DNA from: Candidatus Woesearchaeota archaeon | GTDB taxonomy: Archaea > Nanobdellota > Nanobdellia > SCGC-AAA011-G17 > GW2011-AR17 | Reading direction: 5' to 3' | Assembly: GCA_016235495.1 (NCBI GenBank) | Contig: JACRKH010000021.1 | Span: 14,725-78,724 of the forward strand | Length of the DNA stretch: 64,000 nucleotides | Part shown: piece by piece, positions 19,643-26,496 of the stretch | Position numbering within the stretch: position 1 is the first letter of the stretch | Layout of the letters: every line of letters starts with the position of its first letter | Position numbers and translations under genes: made by a program | Notes under the pieces: generated by a model | The model's input: the letters and a program-made list of their open reading frames with translations, nothing else | Databases searched by the model: none | Told to the model about the DNA's origin: nothing

Positions 19643-20136
19643 AAAAAATAAAACTATTACCTTACAGAAGAAAACGTGAAGGAAACACGAACTACAAGAA
19701 GCGTTTGGAGCTCTTAAAGTCAGGAAAGATTCGTGTAGTGGTAAGAAGAACATTAAGAAATATTCTTGTTCAAGCAGTGCAGTATGAAAAGGATGGAGAT
19801 AAAACTCTCTTTTCTACAACAAGTAAAGATCTTAAAAAATATGGCTGGAAAGGCTATGGAAGAAATACTCCTGCAGCATATCTTGTAGGGTATCTCTTTG
19901 GAACAAAAGCAAAGCAGCACAAAGTTGCAGAAGCTATCCTTGATCAGGGTCTTTATGCAACAAGACAAGGAACAATTACCTTTGCTGTTCTCAAAGGAGT
20001 AGTAGACGCAGGACTGCAAGTCCCTCACGATCCTAAAATCTTTCCTAACGAGGAGAGAATTAAAGGAAAGCATATTTCAGAGGATGTAAGCAAAGAATTT
20101 GAAGCAGTAAAAGCAAACATCCAAAAGGTGAAATAA
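19639..20136 (+). CDS. rpl18: Ribosomal protein uL18
   Basis: Conserved order and sequence. Confidence 0.85.
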   Translation: MKKIKLLPYRRKREGNTNYKKRLELLKSGKIRVVVRRTLRNILVQAVQYEKDGDKTLFSTTSKDLKKYGWKGYGRNTPAAYLVGYLFGTKAKQHKVAEAILDQGLYATRQGTITFAVLKGVVDAGLQVPHDPKIFPNEERIKGKHISEDVSKEFEAVKANIQKVK

Positions 20137-20898
20137 ATGGTAGTAAAAAAGAAGAAAGACAGGTTTCATGACCAATCAGAAAGTGGAATTTCCAAGGAAA
20201 AAGGTTTTGATAGAGAAGCATGGAAACCAAAGACAGAGCTTGGAAAGAGAGTAAAGAGTGGAGAAATAGCTACCATAGATGAAATCCTCGATAGAGGCTT
20301 GCAGATTTTGGAGCCTGGGATAGTTGATATGCTCTTGCCAAACCTAAAAGTTGACCTTCTTGAAGTTGGCCAGTCAAAAGGAAAATTCGGTGGAGGAAAG
20401 CGAAGCATCTGGAGACAGACACAGAAAAAATCCAAAGAAGGAAACAAAGCATCCTTTGCAACTATCGCAGTATGTGGCGACGGAAATGGATACGTAGGAA
20501 TTGGCTTTGGAAAAGCAAAAGAAACTGTTCCAGCGAGAGAAAAAGCAACCAGAAAAGCAAAACTCAATATCATAAAGATCAAGAGAGGCTGTGGTTCATG
20601 GGAATGTGGCTGTGGTCAACCGCATTCTATTCCATTTACTGTTTCAGGAAAATCCAGTTCAGCTGAATTCACACTTATGCCTGCTCCAAAAGGAGTAAAA
20701 CTCTGTACAGAAAAAGAGTGTCAGAAAATATTGCGTTTTGCAGGCATCAAGGATCTCTATGGCAAAGCTCGTGGCCAGACAAGAACAAAATTAAATGTTG
20801 TCTATGCTTGCTTTGCAGCATTAAAACAATTAAGTAAAATGAAAGTCAAACCGACGCATGTCAAAACTTTGGGCATAGTTGGAGGAAGGAATGAATAA
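20137..20898 (+). CDS. rps5: Ribosomal protein uS5
   Basis: An S5 dsRBD and C-terminal domain. It contains a Cys cluster, CGSWECGCG. Confidence 0.85.
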   Translation: MVVKKKKDRFHDQSESGISKEKGFDREAWKPKTELGKRVKSGEIATIDEILDRGLQILEPGIVDMLLPNLKVDLLEVGQSKGKFGGGKRSIWRQTQKKSKEGNKASFATIAVCGDGNGYVGIGFGKAKETVPAREKATRKAKLNIIKIKRGCGSWECGCGQPHSIPFTVSGKSSSAEFTLMPAPKGVKLCTEKECQKILRFAGIKDLYGKARGQTRTKLNVVYACFAALKQLSKMKVKPTHVKTLGIVGGRNE

Positions 20899-21364
20899 AA
20901 ATATAGCTGTCATTAGGATTCGTGGAAAAACTGGAGTAAACAAAAAGGTAAGTGACACTCTCTCAATGATGCGCCTCTATAAACAAAATGGCTGTGTCAT
21001 TATCCCTAATAATCCACAATATCTTGGAATGATTAAAAAAGCAAAGGACTACATAACATGGGGAGAAATCGACCATGATACCCTTATGTTGCTTTTTACA
21101 AAGCGAGCAAGAGTTGCAGGGAATAAACCATTGACTGAAGAGTATGTAAAAACACATACAAAAACAGACATAAAAACTTTTATTGCTGAAGTATTTAGTT
21201 GCAAGAGAAAATTAAAAGATGTCCCTGGTCTGAAACTCTACTTTAGATTAAACCCCCCAATAAAAGGATTCGAACGTGCAGGAATAAAGAAACCATTTAG
21301 CATGGGTGGATCCTTAGGATACAGAAAAGAAAGAATAAATGATCTCATCAAGAGGATGCTCTAA
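20891..21364 (+). CDS. rpl30: Ribosomal protein uL30
   Basis: The MNKNIAVIRIRG start. Confidence 0.8.
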   Translation: MNKNIAVIRIRGKTGVNKKVSDTLSMMRLYKQNGCVIIPNNPQYLGMIKKAKDYITWGEIDHDTLMLLFTKRARVAGNKPLTEEYVKTHTKTDIKTFIAEVFSCKRKLKDVPGLKLYFRLNPPIKGFERAGIKKPFSMGGSLGYRKERINDLIKRML

Positions 21365-21365
21365 A

Positions 21366-21791
21366 ATGAAACGAACAACACCAAAAAGAAAAACCAAAGG
21401 ATTTCGTGGTTCTATGACTCATGGATGGGGCAGTAAAAAGAAACACAGAGGAAAAGGTTCTCATGGTGGAAAAGGAATGGCTGGGACAGGAAAAAGAGCA
21501 GACACAAAAAAGCCAACAATCATAAACCTCTACGGAAACAGCTACTTTGGAAGGCATGGTTTCGTTGTTCCTGGAGCAAAAGCGTACAAGGCTATCAACC
21601 TAAAAGATGTAGCAGTCCTTGCAGAAAAAAATGCTCTCAAAGAAATCAACTTAGAAGATTTTGGCTATCAAAAATTATTGGCAACTGGAAATATTCATTC
21701 AGCATTAAAAATCACAGTCGCAATGGCTTCTGAGAGTGCAATAGAAAAGGTTAAAAATGCTGGCGGCCAAGTTATTCTCAGTGAAGAATAG
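21366..21791 (+). CDS. rpl15: Ribosomal protein uL15
   Basis: An N-terminal G/K-rich stretch. Confidence 0.8.
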   Translation: MKRTTPKRKTKGFRGSMTHGWGSKKKHRGKGSHGGKGMAGTGKRADTKKPTIINLYGNSYFGRHGFVVPGAKAYKAINLKDVAVLAEKNALKEINLEDFGYQKLLATGNIHSALKITVAMASESAIEKVKNAGGQVILSEE

Positions 21792-21805
21792 GGAGAGCGA
21801 AACAG

Positions 21806-23212
21806 ATGTCTTTGATGGATACAATTTTAATGAACCTTCCAGAGGTAAAAGCGCCTCTGCAAAAGAAACTAGCCTTCAAAGATAAATTAAAATGGACATT
21901 AATCATTCTCGTCGCATTCTTCCTCTTAGGTCTCATTCCTTTATATGGCCTCGGAGAAAACTCTCTTTCACAATTTGAATTCTTATCCATTATCCTTGGA
22001 GCAAGTTTTGGTTCAATAATTTCTCTTGGAATTGGACCACTCGTAACGGGTTCTATCGTCCTCCAGCTCTTGAATGGATCTGGGCTGGTAAAATTTGATT
22101 TAACAACACATGAAGGAAAGAAAAAATTCCAAGGCATACAGAAAATATTATCTTTATTTTTCATTCTCTTTGAAGCAGGCATTTATGTTTTTATGGGTGG
22201 TCTCTCACCTTCACTCGCACTAGACCCAACACAATTTAGAACCATGCAGCTCATCCTTATTTTGCAGCTCGTTATTGGTGGTATACTCATCATGTTCATG
22301 GATGAAATTATCAGCAAGTGGGGTTTTGGTTCAGGAATTTCACTCTTCATCGCAGCAGGAGTTGCATCAGAAGTAGTGATCAGAGCATTTAGTCCATTAA
22401 CAACTGCAGGGGCATGGGCATTTGGAAGCTCACAGGCGCCCGTCGGGAAAGTATGGGTTCTCATAGAATCGCTTGCAAGCCAGAACCCAACAGGTGCAGC
22501 ATTGGCATTCGCAGCCATAATCGCAACGCTGCTCATCTTCTTCCTTGCAGTTTACTTGCAATCAATGAAAGTAGAAATTCCTTTATCCTTTGGAAGAATT
22601 CGTGGGCATGGAATTCGCTGGCCATTGCAATTCTTGTACACATCAAACATTCCTGTGATTCTCATCGCAGCACTGCTTGCAAATGTTCAGTTGTGGGCAA
22701 GGCTTTTAGAAAAATGGGGGCATCCCTTGTTAGGATTATACTCCGGATCAACACCAATATCTGGCTTTGTCCTTTGGGTTACCCCGCAAAATATTGTGCA
22801 AAATATTATTACAGGAAATGTAACAGCAGTAAGCTTTGGCTATGCAGCAGTCTATATGGCATTCATGATCATAGGCTCCATTGTCTTTGGAATTTTCTGG
22901 GTGCAGACCTCTGGAATGGATGCATCAAGCCAGGCAAAACAAATGCTTGCCTCAGGACTGCAGATTCCTGGATTTAGAAGAGACCAAAGAGTGCTTGAAG
23001 CAATTCTCAGTAGATACATTTTCCCATTGACAGTTATGGGTGGAGCAACAGTCGGTTTCCTTGCAGCTGGTGCAGACCTCATGGGTGCATTAACGAGAGG
23101 AACAGGTCTTCTTCTTGCAGTGATGATCGTCTATAAGTTGTATGAAGAAATTGCAAACCAGCACATGATGGATATGCACCCAGCGCTTGCAAAGATGATG
23201 GGGAAGCAATAA
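21806..23212 (+). CDS. secY: Preprotein translocase subunit SecY
   Basis: A 10-TM pattern and its position after L15. Confidence 0.9.
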   Translation: MSLMDTILMNLPEVKAPLQKKLAFKDKLKWTLIILVAFFLLGLIPLYGLGENSLSQFEFLSIILGASFGSIISLGIGPLVTGSIVLQLLNGSGLVKFDLTTHEGKKKFQGIQKILSLFFILFEAGIYVFMGGLSPSLALDPTQFRTMQLILILQLVIGGILIMFMDEIISKWGFGSGISLFIAAGVASEVVIRAFSPLTTAGAWAFGSSQAPVGKVWVLIESLASQNPTGAALAFAAIIATLLIFFLAVYLQSMKVEIPLSFGRIRGHGIRWPLQFLYTSNIPVILIAALLANVQLWARLLEKWGHPLLGLYSGSTPISGFVLWVTPQNIVQNIITGNVTAVSFGYAAVYMAFMIIGSIVFGIFWVQTSGMDASSQAKQMLASGLQIPGFRRDQRVLEAILSRYIFPLTVMGGATVGFLAAGADLMGALTRGTGLLLAVMIVYKLYEEIANQHMMDMHPALAKMMGKQ

Positions 23213-23248
23213 GCAAAGCTTATAAATAAAAACTCTTCTTCTAAATCA

Positions 23249-23692
23249 ATGAGCTTTACATCATTCTTAGATCCCATCCTTGGTCCATTAATGGGCATAC
23301 CAGCACCATGGAACATTCTTCTCCTGAGTTTTCTTCTTACAGTAGTCATTACTTTGGTCTATAAATTTGCTACCGATCAGAAAATGATGAAAGAGCTGAA
23401 AGACGAAATAAAACAAATTCAGAAAGAAATGAAAGAATTCAAAAACTATCCTGATAAAATAATGGATCTTCAAAAGCGTGCATGGGAAAAAACAATGAAA
23501 CAATTTATGCACAGCTTGAAGCCGACATTGATAACATTCATTCCTATATTAATTATATTCGGCTGGATGAGAACTTATTATACTTCTATAGGAAACCCTC
23601 CTGTACTTTTTGGTCTTGGCTGGATATGGATATACATCGTGAGTTCAATACTCTTTAGTATTCTCTTGAGAAAATTACTCAAAGTGCATTAA
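23249..23692 (+). CDS. DUF106/EMC3/YidC-like membrane protein (a candidate archaeal Oxa1-type insertase)
   Basis: Three TM helices with a charged coiled-coil between TM1 and TM2. This gene follows secY in many archaea. Confidence 0.45.
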   Translation: MSFTSFLDPILGPLMGIPAPWNILLLSFLLTVVITLVYKFATDQKMMKELKDEIKQIQKEMKEFKNYPDKIMDLQKRAWEKTMKQFMHSLKPTLITFIPILIIFGWMRTYYTSIGNPPVLFGLGWIWIYIVSSILFSILLRKLLKVH

Positions 23693-24180
23693 GAACTAAA
23701 ACTTCCTATTTCTGCATGAAGAATATCAAAAACTTTTTTCACATCAGCTGTTTTCAATTTTACAGAATGCGTTCGAAGCCCAATATTAAAAGTACTTTCA
23801 GTATTTTCAAAAATACCAACATCCACAAACAGAGGAATACTTTCTTTATGCCCAAAAGGAGGAACAGCACCAATCTCACAGCCGGTTTTCTCCATCACTT
23901 CTTCTGCTGTAGCCATTCTGATTTTGCCTTTTGACCATCCTTTTTTTTCTGCAACAGCTTTCATATTAACTTTTTTGTCTGCAGAAACATCCACAACAAG
24001 CCAGTCATTGCCATTAGTGAGCACAATTGCTTTAATGCCTTGTTTCAGTGCAAAACCTCTCGTGCGTGCAGCATCTTCACTTGTAACAACAGCCTCATGC
24101 TCTAAATAAGTGACAGAAATTCTATATTGAGAAAAAAATGCATGTATCCCTTCAACTTCAGCGATGCCCATAGAAGACAT
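23689..24180 (-). CDS. YbaK/ProX-type aminoacyl-tRNA deacylase
   Basis: A GAVPPFGH motif. I chose the internal Met at 24180, which has a tttataat TATA box just upstream on the minus strand. Confidence 0.6.
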   Translation of the reverse strand: MSSMGIAEVEGIHAFFSQYRISVTYLEHEAVVTSEDAARTRGFALKQGIKAIVLTNGNDWLVVDVSADKKVNMKAVAEKKGWSKGKIRMATAEEVMEKTGCEIGAVPPFGHKESIPLFVDVGIFENTESTFNIGLRTHSVKLKTADVKKVFDILHAEIGSFSS

Positions 24181-24305
24181 GACTAGTACTAGAATTATAA
24201 ATCTTTCCGAGAAAGTTATGGTTCTATAAAAACTCATTAGGTTCTAATAAATACCTATTAGTAACCAAAAAGTTTATATAGCTCTTAGTAGTACCAAGTC
24301 TCAGA

Positions 24306-24896
24306 ATGAATACAAAAAAATTAGATAATGTCAAATTAATAGAGTTAAATGAAGCATATCAAAAAATACTCTACTGGTTTTTCTCCTTTCCAAATACACC
24401 TATTGGACTTAATGATCTCAGCGCAGCCACACAAATTTCTAAAACCACTGCAAAAAAGATTGTAAATAGCCTGGAAAAAGAGAGATTTTTAGATAAAAAG
24501 ATTTATGGAAAAACTTGGATTATAACTTGTAATCAAAGTCATGAGTTTAATCGTACCAAAAAAATAGTTTTTAATTTAAATATGGTTTTTGATACATACT
24601 TAGGGGGATTAAGAGAGGATATTTTAAATTTAGTAGGAAATCCTAAGGTAGCAATTCTTTTTGGAAGCTATAGAAAAGGTGATGATAATGATAAAAGTGA
24701 TATTGATATAGCTGTAGAAATAGCAGGAAATACGGATTTAAAAATAATACACTTGGGAAAAATATCCGAGTTTGGATACAGAAGGGATGTTCCAGTGAAT
24801 GTTCATATATTTTCAAGAAATAAAATAGATATTAATTTATTCTCAAATATTGCAAATGGTATTGTATTAGAAGGCTTTTTAGAGGTGAGAACATGA
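24306..24896 (+). CDS. Minimal nucleotidyltransferase (MNT) with an N-terminal wHTH: the antitoxin component of a HEPN-MNT module
   Basis: GSYRKGDDNDKSDIDIAV matches the Pol-beta NTase GS...DxD motif. It overlaps the downstream HEPN gene by 4 nt. Confidence 0.7.
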   Translation: MNTKKLDNVKLIELNEAYQKILYWFFSFPNTPIGLNDLSAATQISKTTAKKIVNSLEKERFLDKKIYGKTWIITCNQSHEFNRTKKIVFNLNMVFDTYLGGLREDILNLVGNPKVAILFGSYRKGDDNDKSDIDIAVEIAGNTDLKIIHLGKISEFGYRRDVPVNVHIFSRNKIDINLFSNIANGIVLEGFLEVRT

Positions 24897-25297
24897 GATA
24901 TAAACGTCCGGACAAAAAAAATGCTCTGAGTATATTACAAGCATCAGAAAGAGATCTAAAATACACCAATACTTTAACACTTTCAGAAGACTCAAGTTCG
25001 ACAATTATAAGAAATATTTATGAATGCTTTAGAATGTTGGGGGATTCTCTGCTGGTTGCAAAAGGGATTGAATCAGAGGATCATCTCAAGCCTATTCAAG
25101 AACTTATGAACTTAAAAGTAAAAACAGAAAGACCCTTGTTGCTCATAGACAACTTGCGGAGATTAAGGCATAATATTAATTATTATGGATATAGGCCAAG
25201 CTTAGATGAAGCCAAAGAGATAAAAGCCCTGGCAAAAAGCCTATTCGAACCATTGAAGAAGGAAGTTCTTAGAAGTATTCATAGCACTTCTGAATAG
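24893..25297 (+). CDS. HEPN-domain protein (the toxin component)
   Basis: A C-terminal LRRLRHNINYYGY, which is an R-x(n)-H HEPN-like motif followed by NxxYYG. It is paired with the MNT gene. Confidence 0.6.
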   Translation: MRYKRPDKKNALSILQASERDLKYTNTLTLSEDSSSTIIRNIYECFRMLGDSLLVAKGIESEDHLKPIQELMNLKVKTERPLLLIDNLRRLRHNINYYGYRPSLDEAKEIKALAKSLFEPLKKEVLRSIHSTSE

Positions 25298-25353
25298 TAT
25301 TTTCTTCAAAGTCGAAAGAAAGCTTTATAAAGACCTATTTTTTCTCCTTATCC

Positions 25354-25614
25354 ATGGAATTAAAGCATAAGAATCGAACTTTTCGAAGAGTGCAAGTAAA
25401 GCTCTCAAATAAGGTTGTAACACACTACAAAAAGAGAAATCCTGCAAAGGCGCAATGTGGAGAATGTGGAAAAGAGCTGCATGGTGTCCCAAGAGCAAGG
25501 GCTGTAGTGATGCAGAATATTCCTAAGACAAAGAAAAGGCCTGAAAGACCATATGGTGGTGTCCTTTGTTCTCGCTGTATGCGTAACAAAATGATTGCAA
25601 AGGCTCGAGCATAA
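25354..25614 (+). CDS. rpl34e: Ribosomal protein eL34
   Basis: A CGECGKEL...CSRC zinc ribbon and the eL34 pattern. Confidence 0.85.
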   Translation: MELKHKNRTFRRVQVKLSNKVVTHYKKRNPAKAQCGECGKELHGVPRARAVVMQNIPKTKKRPERPYGGVLCSRCMRNKMIAKARA

Positions 25615-25683
25615 TCTCTTGTTGTGGCAAAAGAAGCTTGTATGGCGACATAAAGCAGATAAGACAAGAAGGAGAAAACAAAA

Positions 25684-26058
25684 ATGTTAGAAATTGGAAC
25701 AATATGTATGAAAATAGCAGGCAGAGATGCCGGAAAGACAGCAGTCATTATTGATATTCTAGAAGGACCCTACGTTCTTATTGATGGTGAAGTACGAAGA
25801 AGAAAATGCAACATTCGCCACATAGAGCCAATGGGCAAAAAAATTGAAATAAAGAAAAATGCTTCCCATGCTGATGTTCTTAAAGCACTTGGAATAAAAG
25901 AAGAGAAGAAAAAGAAAGAGAAAAAAGAAAAAGCTTCTCGCCCAAGAAAAATAAAAATAAAGACAGCTACAGAAGAGAAAGCAAAGCCAAAAAAGGAAAA
26001 AGCTCCTAAAGAAAAAGTAGTAGCGAAAGAAAAAGCTCCCAAGGCGAAGAAAGCATAA
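25684..26058 (+). CDS. rpl14e: Ribosomal protein eL14 (KOW) with a K/E/A-rich tail
   Basis: IGTICMKIAGRDAGKTAVII is the KOW region. Confidence 0.8.
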   Translation: MLEIGTICMKIAGRDAGKTAVIIDILEGPYVLIDGEVRRRKCNIRHIEPMGKKIEIKKNASHADVLKALGIKEEKKKKEKKEKASRPRKIKIKTATEEKAKPKKEKAPKEKVVAKEKAPKAKKA

Positions 26059-26459
26059 TGGACGCACAGCCAGATTTTCAGTTGCAGGAATTACAGCAGA
26101 CAATACAGCAGATCCGACAGCAGCTTCACATGCTTCGCCAGCAAAAGCAGGAACTCGAGCAAGTATCCGAAGCAATTGCAGAAATGAAAAAAACCAAAAA
26201 TGGTCATGAGCTTCTTATTCCTCTAGGTGCAGGGGTTTTTACAAAAGCAAAAGTATCCGAAAATAAAACAATCATTCTCAATGTAGGCGCGCAAATCGCA
26301 GTAGAAAAAGATATTTCTTCAGCAGAGGATCTCATAGGAAAGCAGCTGCAGGAGCTTACAGCAATTGAAGCATCCATGAACGAAGAGTTGGCGCACGTGT
26401 CACAGCAGTTCCAGTTTCTCCAGATGTCCCAAGCCGCAAATTCTCCGGAAAAAGAGTAA
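26058..26459 (+). CDS. pfdA: Prefoldin alpha subunit
   Basis: Coiled-coil, beta-hairpin (LIPLGAGVFTKAKV), coiled-coil architecture. Confidence 0.75.
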   Translation: MDAQPDFQLQELQQTIQQIRQQLHMLRQQKQELEQVSEAIAEMKKTKNGHELLIPLGAGVFTKAKVSENKTIILNVGAQIAVEKDISSAEDLIGKQLQELTAIEASMNEELAHVSQQFQFLQMSQAANSPEKE

Positions 26460-26496
26460 ATAAATCTTTAAATAGTAACTTCTGTTCTACAGATGC

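Noticed and set aside
20560-20720. The cysteine cluster (CGSWECGCG...CTEKEC) in uS5 as a possible inserted zinc-finger domain
   Set aside because: It is embedded in otherwise canonical uS5 sequence with no length anomaly, so it is more likely a normal lineage feature than an insertion. I mention it only in the r-protein finding.
10310-23082. Many 60-190 aa ORFs on the minus strand and in alternate plus frames inside the ribosomal-protein and SecY genes
   Set aside because: They lie entirely within well-supported conserved genes on the other strand or frame and have Phe/Ser/Leu-rich low-complexity translations typical of antisense AT-rich DNA. I consider them spurious.
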